Assembly: GCA_963717295.1 (NCBI GenBank) | Contig: OY970330.1 | Span: 2,532,391-2,596,390 of the forward strand | DNA from: Thermoanaerobaculaceae bacterium | GTDB lineage: Bacteria > Acidobacteriota > Thermoanaerobaculia > Multivoradales > UBA5704 | DNA length: 64,000 bases | Direction: 5' to 3' | Notes under the pieces: generated by a model | Seen by the model: the letters and a program-made list of their open reading frames with translations, nothing else | Database searches by the model: none | Told to the model about the DNA's origin: nothing | Translations under genes and position numbers: made by a program | Shown here: piece by piece, positions 28,380 to 39,181 of the stretch | How positions within the stretch are numbered: the first letter of the stretch is position 1 | How the letters are laid out: each line of letters begins with the position of its first letter

Positions 28380-31172
28380 TCACCGACGGCTGGTGCCGAA
28401 CGTCAGCTCCACCTTCACCCGCTTGCCGCCGCGCACCACGACGGCGTTCGACTTCTCGCCCGGCTTGGCGTTCTGGAGGACGTACATGAAATCGTGGATG
28501 TCGCGGATCTCCTTGCCGGAGAGCTCCACGAGCAGGTCTCCCCTCTGAATGCCGGCGGCCTCGGCCGCTCCTCCGGGCCGCACGCCAGCGACCAGCACTC
28601 CGGGACGGCCGTCTCCCGCGTAGTCGGGCACCGTGCCCAGCGAGGCGCCGTAGGAACGCGAGTCGCCCCTGGGCGCGGGCGAGGGGGCGCTCTTGTAGGT
28701 GGGGCGGTTGGGCTCGTCGGCGACCGTCTCGGCGATGTCAGCGACCAGACTCGCGATACGGGCGCCGCCGATGGCGTTGATCTTGTCCGCGTCGTCGGAG
28801 GGCTTGTGATAGTCGTCGTGGGCTCCCGTGAAGAAGTGGAGCACCGGCACTCCGGCGGCGTAGAAGGGGCTGTGGTCCGAGGGGCCGTAGCCGTCTCCCG
28901 AGAGGGTGCAGAGAACTCCGTTCTGGCCGCAGAGCGGCGGCACGATCTTCCCCCATTCCGCCGCGGACTCCACGCCCAGCACGCTGACCTGGTCGCCCCG
29001 CAGCCGGCCCACCATGTCCATGTTGAGCATTGCCACGAGGTCGCCGAGCTTGAGGCTCGCGGGCGGCTTGCGGGTGAAGGCGGTCGAGCCCAGAACTCCG
29101 GCCTCCTCGCCGGAGAAGGCGACGAAGTAGACGTCGCGCCGCAGGTGGGTGCTCGGAGCGCTGAGCTGCTTGGCCACCTCCAGCAGGGCGGCCGTGCCGG
29201 AGGCGTTGTCGTCGGCGCCGTTGTGGATCTCGTGGGAGTCGGGGGCGAGCGAGCCGCCGCCGCCGAGACCCAGGTGATCATAGTGGGCGCCCACCAGCAC
29301 GGCTCCCGGCAAACGGTCCTCTGCCGTCGCCCGCAGGATGCCCACGACGTTGACGGCGCTCTCGTTGCGCCGTTCGAGGTCGATCTTCAAGCTCGCCTGA
29401 TGGCTGCCGGCGAAGAGCGGAGCTCCCGTGTCGCGCTTCACCGTCACGACCGGCAGCCCGGCATCGCCCCCCGCCGCCTCCGAACGGTCGATGGCCAGGC
29501 TCGGCAACGGGGCTTCGGCCGGCGGGGTGCTTCCCGCCTTCCCCTCGGGCGAGTCGACGATGATCAGGCCGGCGGCGCCGTGCTCGCGGGCGTTCCAGGC
29601 CTTGTAGCGAAGGTCGCCGTAGCGCTGCTCGGCGTCCTTCTGGGCGAACTTGCCCCCCTCGGGCGTGAAACGGCGGACGACGACGATCTTCCCCTTGGCC
29701 TCGATCCCCTTGTAGTCGTCAACCCCGAGATCGGTGGCGGTGATGCCGTAGCCGGCGGCCACCACGGGACCGGAGACCGTGCCGTTGCTGGAGAACGAGG
29801 CCGGCTGGAAGAGTCCGGCGGCCACGGCGGCGCCGTCCACCGTCACCGCCGTCCCCGGCTTGGCCGCCACGGCCATGGGCACCTCGAAAGGCTGGAAGTA
29901 GCCGTTCTCTCCCAGCGACTCCAGGCTCAGCTGGCGGAAGCGGCGGGCGATCCAGCGCGAGGATTCGGCGAGCCCCACGGTGCCGATCCCCCGGCCCTCC
30001 CGGGCGTCGTCGGCCAGCCAGCGCACGTCGTCGCGGAAGCGGCCGGCCGCCGCCGTGGCGGGAGCGGCGGTCAGCTCGGCCGAGGCGTGGTCCACCCAGC
30101 GGGCGACGAAGACGTCCGTCTCTCCCGCCTCGCTCTGATTGCGGTTCGAGGAGAAGGCGACGTGAGTGCCGTCCGGCGAGAAGAGGGGGAAGCCGTCGAA
30201 GCCGGCCGTCCAGGTGATGCGTTCGAGGCCGGTGCCGTCGGTGTTGATGGCCCAGATGTCGAACTCCCGCCCCTTCGGATCGCCGTAGTTCGAGGAGAAG
30301 AGGAGGCGGTTGCCCGAGGGGAAGAACGACGGCGCGAAGGAGGCCGCGTTCAGGTAGGTCACCTGGCGGGCGTCGCTGCCGTCGGCGTTGGCGACCCAGA
30401 GCTCGAGCTTGTTGGGATGGATCAGCCCCTGCGCCAGGAGGGTCTTGTACTCCTCCAGTTCCGGCCCGGGCTTGGGGCGCGAGGCGCGCCAGACGATCTT
30501 CTTGCAGTCCGGCGAGAAGAAGGCGCCGCCGTCGTAGCCCGGGGTGTCGGTCAGGCGCTTGACGTTCTTGCCGTCGGGGTCCATGCGGTAGAGGTCGAGG
30601 TCGCCGTCGCGGGTGGAGGTGAAGATCACCGAGCCGTCCTTGGGGCAGACGGTGGACTCGGCGTCGTAGGCGTTGTTGTCGGTCAGGCGGACGAGGTCCG
30701 AGCCGTCCGGCTTGGCGCTGTAGATCTCGTAGGTGGGATAGATGGCCCAGACGTAGCCGTGCGAGTGGTCCGGAACCGGCGGGCAGTCGGGGCTCGCGGC
30801 GTGGGTCGAGGAGAAGAGGACGCGCTTGCCGTCGGCCGTGAAGTACGAGCAGGTGGTGCGACCCTTGCCGGTCGAGACCAGGATGGGAGTGCCGGTGCCG
30901 TCGGCCCGCTGGCGGAAGATCTGGTCGCAGGCGTAGGGGGGACGGCTGGACTGCATCATGACCTCCACGCCGTCCGGGGACCAGTAGGCCTCGGCGTTCT
31001 CGCCCCGGCGGGTGAGCTGCACGAGATCGGTCAGATGGACCTCGCGGCGGTCGAGAGGCGGTGCCTGCAGTTGGTGAAACGTGGCCTCGGCGGCGGTCGC
31101 CGGACCGGGGCCGAGAAGGCCCGCCAGCAGGGTTGGCACGAGCAATAGGCGCATTGTCTCTCTTCCTCTCAA
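28380..31172 (-). CDS. secreted PD40/TolB-like beta-propeller + PA/M28 aminopeptidase + PDZ fusion protein
   Basis: Repeated FSPDG/WSPDG propeller blades. M28 zinc-site motifs (VGAHYDHLG, GADDNASGTAALLE, FSGEEAGVLGS). C-terminal PDZ (GIQRGDLLVELSGKEI). The alternative start is 31154. Confidence 0.8.
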   Translation of the reverse strand: MRGRETMRLLLVPTLLAGLLGPGPATAAEATFHQLQAPPLDRREVHLTDLVQLTRRGENAEAYWSPDGVEVMMQSSRPPYACDQIFRQRADGTGTPILVSTGKGRTTCSYFTADGKRVLFSSTHAASPDCPPVPDHSHGYVWAIYPTYEIYSAKPDGSDLVRLTDNNAYDAESTVCPKDGSVIFTSTRDGDLDLYRMDPDGKNVKRLTDTPGYDGGAFFSPDCKKIVWRASRPKPGPELEEYKTLLAQGLIHPNKLELWVANADGSDARQVTYLNAASFAPSFFPSGNRLLFSSNYGDPKGREFDIWAINTDGTGLERITWTAGFDGFPLFSPDGTHVAFSSNRNQSEAGETDVFVARWVDHASAELTAAPATAAAGRFRDDVRWLADDAREGRGIGTVGLAESSRWIARRFRQLSLESLGENGYFQPFEVPMAVAAKPGTAVTVDGAAVAAGLFQPASFSSNGTVSGPVVAAGYGITATDLGVDDYKGIEAKGKIVVVRRFTPEGGKFAQKDAEQRYGDLRYKAWNAREHGAAGLIIVDSPEGKAGSTPPAEAPLPSLAIDRSEAAGGDAGLPVVTVKRDTGAPLFAGSHQASLKIDLERRNESAVNVVGILRATAEDRLPGAVLVGAHYDHLGLGGGGSLAPDSHEIHNGADDNASGTAALLEVAKQLSAPSTHLRRDVYFVAFSGEEAGVLGSTAFTRKPPASLKLGDLVAMLNMDMVGRLRGDQVSVLGVESAAEWGKIVPPLCGQNGVLCTLSGDGYGPSDHSPFYAAGVPVLHFFTGAHDDYHKPSDDADKINAIGGARIASLVADIAETVADEPNRPTYKSAPSPAPRGDSRSYGASLGTVPDYAGDGRPGVLVAGVRPGGAAEAAGIQRGDLLVELSGKEIRDIHDFMYVLQNAKPGEKSNAVVVRGGKRVKVELTFGTSRR

Positions 31173-31508
31173 CAGGCAAAAGTTTGGCAGGATGCCGGAC
31201 GCCTGCTATTCTGCATCGAAAACGGAGGCTCCGCACAGGAGTTCTTCGCGCGGGGCTCCGTCTCAGCCTCGCACCGCGGGCCGGCGGTGGCGCCGGTTCG
31301 CTTACTCAAAGCGAGGCAGGGTGGAACGGAACCCTGCTCCCCCGGGGAGGATCGCCCGGAAATTCCGGAAGGCCCGCAAGCGTTACAAATCCAGGCATAG
31401 AGGGCATGAATTTGTTCATGCGTCGACTTGACGCCGGCTTGACCGGCTGGGTCCCGCTGGACCGCAACGCGTCCGGGCCGCAGAATCCCCAAGAACAGTG
31501 GAGAAGAC

Positions 31509-33095
31509 ATGAACGATCAGGACACCCAGGAAAAGCAGGAGCTCGGCCAGGAGACCCCGGACAGCGTGGCAATCTCCGACGACACCCAGGACACCCCAAG
31601 CCCGCAGGAGACCCAGGTTGCAGTTGCGGAGGCTCCCCCGGCAGACGCCCCCCAGGCGGCGGCTGAGGGGGACGAGGCGCCCCCGGCGGAGGCCGCACCG
31701 GCGGCCGAGGCCTCGTCTCCGGAGGCCGAAAAGCCTCAGGAGACGCCCGCGGCACCGCAGGAGGCGGCCGCGAAGCCTCAGGAAGCAGCGACTGACGAGA
31801 AAAAAGGCTTCGGCGAGATCCTGGCCGAGTTCGAGCACGATGCACCGAAAAAGAAGCGCGACGAGCAGGGGGCCGGCAGCAAGGTGAGCGGCAAGATCCT
31901 GTCGATCGGCGAGGAATGGGTCTTCGTCGACGTCGGCGGCAAGTCGGAAGGCCGGATCGCCGCGGCGGAGCTGAAGGACGCCGAGGGCAACGTCACGGTC
32001 AAGGAGGGCGACACCCTCGAGGCCACCATCACCGGCACCGATCCCGAGTCGGGCGCCCTGCTGCTCAAGCGCAAGGCGGGCGGCAAGGGCAAGCGCACCG
32101 AGGTCTCGGCCGAGATCAAGCAGGCCTTCGAGAGCGGCCTGCCGGTCGACGGCATGGTCACCGGCCTCAACAAGGGCGGCGCCGAGGTACAGGTCTACGG
32201 CATGCGGGCGTTCTGCCCCCTGTCGCAGCTCGACCTGCGCTACGTCGAGGACCCGCAGCGCTTCGTGGGCCAGAAGCTGCAGTTCAAGATTTCCCGTCTC
32301 GAAGAGGGGAACCGTGGCGGCCGCGGCCCGAACATCGTGCTCTCCCGGCGTGCCCTGCTGGAGGACGAGCAGCAGACGAAGGCTTCCGAGACCCGCGAGA
32401 AGCTCCAGGTCGGCGCCACCCTCACCGGCAAGATCACCTCGCTGACCACCTACGGCGCGTTCGTCGACCTCGGCGGCATCGAGGGCATGCTCCACGTCAG
32501 CGAGATCGGCCACAGCCGCACGGCCCATCCGCAGGACGTCTTCACTGTCGGCCAGGAGGTCGAAGTCCAGGTCATCAAGATCGAGAAGGGGAAGGACGAG
32601 AAGCGGCCCGAGCGCATCTCCCTCTCCCGCCGCGCCCTGGAGAAGGACCCGTGGCGCGACGCCGTCTCCCGCTTCCCCGAGGGCACGGAGACCACCGGCA
32701 AGGTGGCGCGCACCGAGACCTTCGGCGCCTTCGTCGAGCTGGCGCCCGGCCTCGAAGGGTTGGTCCACATCAGCGAGATCGGCGGCGGCCGGCGGCTGAA
32801 CCACGCCCGCGAGGCGGTACAGCCCGGCCAGGAGGTGCAGGTGCGGGTGCTGGGAGTGGATACGGCACGGCGCCGGATCTCGCTCTCCATGTCCGCGGTC
32901 GGCGGTGGCGGCGGCGACCGCAGCGAACGGAGCGATCGCGGCGGCGACCGTGGTGGCGACCGCGCGCCTCGCGGCGACCGCGACAACCGTCGCGACGATC
33001 GCCGGGAAGAGTACGCTTCGGCCAACGCCTCGTCGGCGGCCGGCTCGGGCTTCGGCTCGATGGCGGACTTCTTCTCGCGCAGCAAGAAGAAGTAG
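31509..33095 (+). CDS. S1 RNA-binding domain protein (ribosomal protein S1-like, four S1 domains)
   Basis: Acidic/Pro-rich N-terminus, four S1 OB folds (e.g. GKITSLTTYGAFVDLGGIEGMLHVSEI, GKVARTETFGAFVELAPGLEGLVHISEI), and an RG/RD-rich tail. Confidence 0.75.
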   Translation: MNDQDTQEKQELGQETPDSVAISDDTQDTPSPQETQVAVAEAPPADAPQAAAEGDEAPPAEAAPAAEASSPEAEKPQETPAAPQEAAAKPQEAATDEKKGFGEILAEFEHDAPKKKRDEQGAGSKVSGKILSIGEEWVFVDVGGKSEGRIAAAELKDAEGNVTVKEGDTLEATITGTDPESGALLLKRKAGGKGKRTEVSAEIKQAFESGLPVDGMVTGLNKGGAEVQVYGMRAFCPLSQLDLRYVEDPQRFVGQKLQFKISRLEEGNRGGRGPNIVLSRRALLEDEQQTKASETREKLQVGATLTGKITSLTTYGAFVDLGGIEGMLHVSEIGHSRTAHPQDVFTVGQEVEVQVIKIEKGKDEKRPERISLSRRALEKDPWRDAVSRFPEGTETTGKVARTETFGAFVELAPGLEGLVHISEIGGGRRLNHAREAVQPGQEVQVRVLGVDTARRRISLSMSAVGGGGGDRSERSDRGGDRGGDRAPRGDRDNRRDDRREEYASANASSAAGSGFGSMADFFSRSKKK

Positions 33096-33191
33096 GGAAC
33101 ACCAAGGACTCCAGGGACAGCAGGGACTTCAAGGACCGCAGGGTCGTAGCTTCTAGTCCTTGGTGTCCCTGGGGTCCCTTTTCGTCCCTGG
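33095..33191. repeat. 9-bp-periodic A(A/G)GGACNNN hairpin element, second copy
   Basis: AAGGACTCCAGGGACAGCAGGGACTTCAAGGACCGCAGGG ... AGTCCTTGGTGTCCCTGGGGTCCC. It overlaps the stop of the S1 gene and encodes the ...RDPRDTKD tail of the convergent gene. Confidence 0.75.
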
Positions 33192-33569
33192 TTTCCACCC
33201 CACCGCCTTCCCCACCTTCCCGCCCTTGTCCTCCGCATCCGCATGGAAGTGATGCAGCACGCGGTGGAAGATCGGCGTCACCAGGATCGCCGCGACCGTG
33301 ATGACGACGAGGCCGGCGTATAGGGCGTACAGGCCGGCGAAGAGCTTGCCAGCCGTAGCCTTCGGGGGATCGACCGGCCCCATGCCGCCGAGAAGCATGG
33401 CGGTGTTGAGGAAGGCGTCCACCCAGTGGAGCTTCTCGAAGAGGTGGTAGCCCAGCATTCCCACGACGAGTGAGACGGCGAGCAGGCCGAACGCCACGGC
33501 CCAGTGGCGGGAGAGGCGAAGAAGGAAGTCGCGCCTGGGAAGCAGGGGCTCGGTGCGGTGCTCGTACAT
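33153..33569 (-). CDS. small integral membrane protein (family not recognised; pore-loop-like segment)
   Basis: 138 aa with hydrophobic helices around WVDAFLNTAMLLGGMGPVDP. The last ~15 codons lie inside the AAGGAC repeat. Confidence 0.5.
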   Translation of the reverse strand: MYEHRTEPLLPRRDFLLRLSRHWAVAFGLLAVSLVVGMLGYHLFEKLHWVDAFLNTAMLLGGMGPVDPPKATAGKLFAGLYALYAGLVVITVAAILVTPIFHRVLHHFHADAEDKGGKVGKAVGWKPGTKRDPRDTKD

Positions 33570-33599
33570 TTGACCTCGTACAAACTGACTCCATAGAAG

Positions 33600-35609
<2,010 letters not shown>

Positions 35610-35627
35610 TCAGGCTCTCTTCATCGC

Positions 35628-35712
35628 TTCCCTACGCTGGCATTACCCAGGTCAGGTGATGAGGGTCGTCCCCGCAACGGGACTCTCAGCCTTGGCGGCC
35701 CCCCTAGCTGGC
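35628..35712 (-). promoter_or_regulatory. TPP (THI-box) riboswitch, thiC leader
   Basis: Minus strand: GGGGGGCCGCCAAGGCUGAGAGUCCCGUUGCGGGGACGACCCUCAUCACCUGACCUGGGUAAUGCCAGCGUAGGGAA. It carries the CUGAGA and ACCUGA..CUGG.UAAUGCCAGCG signatures, about 110 nt upstream of the thiC ATG. Confidence 0.9.
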
Positions 35713-35768
35713 AGGGATGATCGTACACGGTTTGGGAGGGCGAGGTGTAGGAGGGCGGCAATCGAGGT

Positions 35769-36587
35769 TCAACCTCGTAGCGCGGCGACGATCTCGGTAA
35801 GCGACGAGGCCGTCACCGACTGACGGAGGACTGACCGGAGGACCGCCAGGTCGCCGCAGCCAGCAAGAGCCGTCCTCAGATCGCCGGACATCGCGAATCC
35901 GCGGGTCGTCAGAACCTCGGCGACAGCCTCCCGGAGACCTTGGGCCTCTCCTTTGGCCTCTCCTTTGGCCTCACCTAAGACCTCGCCTTCGGCGCGGACC
36001 TCTTCCAGGCTGGCGTAGCCCTCGCGCTGAAGGAGATTGCGGAAGATGACCTGGTCCGCGGTCTCGCGATCGTAGAGCGCCTTCACCGGCACCGGATTGG
36101 CCAGGATTCCAGGCGCTTCGAGCTGCTCATCCGGGTTTACGACGCGCATCCCCTGGCCCGGCTGATGCACCTCCACCCGCCGCGGGCCGGTCAGCCGCAC
36201 CACCCAGACGTAGCGGGTGCCGGCGGCGAATAGCTCCTGGATCTTGATCCGCAGATCCGCTTCGTCCTGGCCCGTGTCGGCGTACTCGACTGCCAGTGGA
36301 GGCGCCCCCTCAGCCCATCCCGGTAGATCGGGGATCTCGCCCACGGAGAGATCGGGGGCCCGGAGCACGTCCGGGGAGGGGGAGTAGCCGGCGTCGACCC
36401 CGACGTCCTGGACCGCCGGATCGCTCGCGAGCACTCCGCCTCCCACATTCACCGCCTTCGCTCCCCGTCTTCCCGTGGGCAGGCAGTGAATGGGGTGGCC
36501 GTTGGACAGCTCGTACGGGTCACCGGACCGGAGCTGACCGGCGGTAAAGGGTCCTTGAGACCTGAGTTGCGGCGAGCTCTTGTTCAT
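35769..36587 (-). CDS. Uma2-family (DUF820, PD-(D/E)XK-like) endonuclease fused to a DUF4351-like helical tail
   Basis: Uma2-like core (PDLSVGEI...PLAVEYADTGQD...AAGTRYVWVVRL). The C-terminus has EGEVLGEAKGEAKGEAQG followed by a helical segment, as in Rpn/DUF4351 tails. Confidence 0.65.
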   Translation of the reverse strand: MNKSSPQLRSQGPFTAGQLRSGDPYELSNGHPIHCLPTGRRGAKAVNVGGGVLASDPAVQDVGVDAGYSPSPDVLRAPDLSVGEIPDLPGWAEGAPPLAVEYADTGQDEADLRIKIQELFAAGTRYVWVVRLTGPRRVEVHQPGQGMRVVNPDEQLEAPGILANPVPVKALYDRETADQVIFRNLLQREGYASLEEVRAEGEVLGEAKGEAKGEAQGLREAVAEVLTTRGFAMSGDLRTALAGCGDLAVLRSVLRQSVTASSLTEIVAALRG

Positions 36588-36642
36588 CGGGGAAAATCAT
36601 AACACTTCATGGGAGGAAGAGGAGACGGGGAGGATCGGAACC

Positions 36643-36726
36643 TACTACGCTGGCATTCCCCAGGCCGGGTGATGAAGGTCGTCCCTCGCGACGGGACTCT
36701 CAGCCTTGACGGCCCCCCTAGCTGGC
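36643..36726 (-). promoter_or_regulatory. second, diverged TPP-riboswitch-like copy upstream of the Uma2 gene
   Basis: Minus strand: ...GGGGGGCCGUCAAGGCUGAGAGUCCCGUCGCGAGGGACGACCUUCAUCACCCGGCCUGGGGAAUGCCAGCGUAGUAG. It is collinear with copy A over ~130 nt (about 85% identity by eye), but the ACCUGA and UAAUGCC positions are altered. Confidence 0.65.
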
Positions 36727-36803
36727 AGGATGATCCTACACGGTTGGGAGGGCTAGGTGTAGGGGCGGATCGGAATATACTTCCTGAGATAGGAAGGAGC
36801 TCG

Positions 36804-38162
36804 ATGAAATCGCGTCAACGTGACCAGCAGCCTGAGGACGAGGGAAGCCCAGCTTCCCCGGTGTACCTGCTCGACCTCTCGGTTCGCAACGTCCGCTGTT
36901 TCGGACCCGAAGAGCAGACTCTACGTCTCTCGGACTCCCAGGGTCGTCCGGCACCGTGGACGGTGATCCTAGGCGACAATGGCGTCGGCAAGACCACCCT
37001 CTTGCAGTGCCTCGTCGCGCTGGAACCGCGGCGCCACTTCACCAGACCCAGCGGCCTTGTCAGCGACTTCGGAGAACGGCCACAGGTTGAGCTGCCAACG
37101 AACGGCGGCGACGGCTGGAAGATCTACCGCGGCCTTCCGGAAGAGACTTCAATCAAGGGACACTTGGCCTTGGGTCACGGGCTTCGGCCCTCAGGGGAAT
37201 CCATTCAGACTACGGAAGTCATCGTACCCACAAGCACCCAAATGTGCTGGTCGACGCCTGATACGCGACGCTTCGATCTCCGGGTCTGCGGCTACGGAGC
37301 CACCCGCCGGATGGGTTCGGCAGTACTCAGCCGCGGCCCGGAGGATCCTGCGGCAAGCCTCTTTCTAGACTACGTAACCTTGGTCGATGCGGAGGAGTGG
37401 CTGCTGGTCGAGGACTACGCGCGGAGCCGAGGCGGAGGCGCTGAGTCGGAGCGGCGCCTGGAGAAAATCAAGAAGGTTCTGCTCGACCTTCTGCCCGACA
37501 CCGAGAATCTCCGGATCGTGGTCAAGCCCCGGGCCGATACGCAGAGAGTCAAACCTTCCATTGAGATGAAGACTCCCTATGGCTGGGTGGCCCTCTCCAA
37601 CCTGAGCCTCGGCTACCGAACAATGATCGCCTGGACGGTCGATCTTGCGAGCCGGCTCTTTGCGCTCTACCCCCGAAGCCCGAATCCCCTGGCTGAGCCC
37701 GCAGTGGTTCTGGTGGACGAAGTGGACCTCCACCTCCATCCAAAGTGGCAGCGTGAGCTACGAAGCCATCTGACCGAACGGTTCCCCAACGTGCAGTTCG
37801 TGGTCACTGCCCACAGCCCGCTCGTTGCACAAGCGTCGGAAAACGAAAACATCGTCGTGCTGCGACGCCAGGGAGATCACGTGGTCATCGACAACGACGT
37901 CGAGACGGTGCACGGCTGGCGAGTCGATCAAGTGCTGACCTCGGATTTGTTCGGGTTGAAGACCGCCCGTCCTCCCGAGTACGATGATCTAATCGCCGAG
38001 CGCAATGCCCTCCTCTCGAAGCGGATCCTCAGTGCCCCAGATCGCGCGGCCCTCAAACGACTTGAATCCCAGGTCGTCGAGCTCCCTGCAGGCGAGACTC
38101 CGGAGGATCTGGAAGCCATGCAGATCATCCGCGAGGCCGCCGCCAAGCTCCGGAACTCCTGA
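36804..38162 (+). CDS. ptuA: AAA/ABC-type ATPase, Septu PtuA-like
   Basis: ATG 36804 follows AGGAAGGAG. Walker A GDNGVGKTTLLQ, Walker B/D-loop VVLVDEVDLHLHP, and VVTAHSPLV. It sits 5 bp upstream of an HNH gene. Confidence 0.7.
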   Translation: MKSRQRDQQPEDEGSPASPVYLLDLSVRNVRCFGPEEQTLRLSDSQGRPAPWTVILGDNGVGKTTLLQCLVALEPRRHFTRPSGLVSDFGERPQVELPTNGGDGWKIYRGLPEETSIKGHLALGHGLRPSGESIQTTEVIVPTSTQMCWSTPDTRRFDLRVCGYGATRRMGSAVLSRGPEDPAASLFLDYVTLVDAEEWLLVEDYARSRGGGAESERRLEKIKKVLLDLLPDTENLRIVVKPRADTQRVKPSIEMKTPYGWVALSNLSLGYRTMIAWTVDLASRLFALYPRSPNPLAEPAVVLVDEVDLHLHPKWQRELRSHLTERFPNVQFVVTAHSPLVAQASENENIVVLRRQGDHVVIDNDVETVHGWRVDQVLTSDLFGLKTARPPEYDDLIAERNALLSKRILSAPDRAALKRLESQVVELPAGETPEDLEAMQIIREAAAKLRNS

Positions 38163-38167
38163 GCCGC

Positions 38168-38917
38168 ATGATCCGTATTCTCAAGTCTGCGACCCCGCCC
38201 GAGATCCTGGTGAACGAGGGCAGGATGGCGACCAACGGCCACTGCAACGGCTATGAAGCGGATCCGTCCGCGTACCAGGATGGCACCCGGACGTTCTCTT
38301 TTGACTCCGGGATTTACGGTCACGCCTCGGTCAAAGACATGCTGATTGCGGCGCAGCATGGCAAGTGCTGCTTCTGCGAGGCGAAGATCACTCACATCAG
38401 CTATGGTGACGTGGAGCATTTCCGGCCCAAGGCGGGCTACCGTCAGGATCCGGACGACGATCTCACCCGCCCGGGTTACTACTGGCTGGCCTACGACTGG
38501 AGCAATCTCTATCTCTCCTGCCAGTTGTGCAACCAGCGCTACAAGAAGAATTTCTTCCCTCTACAAAACCCCAAGCGGCGCTGCCAAGATCACATGGGGG
38601 ATCTCACACTGGAAGAACCGCTGTTCCTCGATCCAGGATTGAACCCGGAAGACCATATCGAGTTCGCAGCCGAGCAGCCGAAAGCCAGGGACAGCAGCCT
38701 CAAAGGCGTTGAAACCATCAAGGCTCTCGGATTGCTTCGGGAGCCCCTACGGGAGAGGAGGTATGACAAGTACGTCCAACTTTCCACTCTCAGGGACGTG
38801 GCGCTTCTGTATCCCGACGAGCCCCTGGGACAGCGCGCCCGTAGCGTCCTCGACAGAGCGCTAGGCGACGACGCCGAGTACGCCTCCATGGCGCGGTGCC
38901 TGATGAGAAAGCCCTGA
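38168..38917 (+). CDS. ptuB: HNH endonuclease, Septu PtuB-like (TIGR02646-type)
   Basis: HGKCCFCEAKI...GDVEHFRPKA...WSNLYLSCQLCNQRYKKN matches the Cys-rich HNH signature of the retron/Septu-associated HNH family. Confidence 0.7.
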   Translation: MIRILKSATPPEILVNEGRMATNGHCNGYEADPSAYQDGTRTFSFDSGIYGHASVKDMLIAAQHGKCCFCEAKITHISYGDVEHFRPKAGYRQDPDDDLTRPGYYWLAYDWSNLYLSCQLCNQRYKKNFFPLQNPKRRCQDHMGDLTLEEPLFLDPGLNPEDHIEFAAEQPKARDSSLKGVETIKALGLLREPLRERRYDKYVQLSTLRDVALLYPDEPLGQRARSVLDRALGDDAEYASMARCLMRKP

Positions 38918-38986
38918 ATGTCCTGAGAGTCTCCAGGGAAGGCGGATCGGAGTCAACGCAAAGGGGAGAGTTGTCGCCGCTGCAAT

Positions 38987-39103
38987 CCCGCCCGGGCATA
39001 AATGCCGGGGCTAGTAGCTGCGCCCCCTGAAGGGGACTTAAGCCGGATTAAGCCGGATTCATCCGGCGCCCTTGAAATAGCCCCGGCATTTATGCCCGGG
39101 CGG
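38987..39103. repeat. palindromic intergenic element (26-bp perfect terminal inverted repeats), family A
   Basis: CCGCCCGGGCATAAATGCCGGGGCTA at 38988..39013 is the exact reverse complement of 39078..39103. The left ~65 nt recur at 56946..57010. Confidence 0.85.
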
Positions 39104-39181
39104 AGGTCGGCTCATCTTGAAAGCTGACCGCACCAGGAAGGCCGGATTTCCCGGCTGCCTTCAGGATGTCTATACTCTCGT

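Noticed and set aside
35745-35790. GGTTCAACC-type T-loop-like string and other spots checked for tRNA genes
   Set aside because: No acceptor, D or anticodon arms can be drawn. I saw no tRNA, rRNA, tmRNA or RNase P signatures anywhere in the window.
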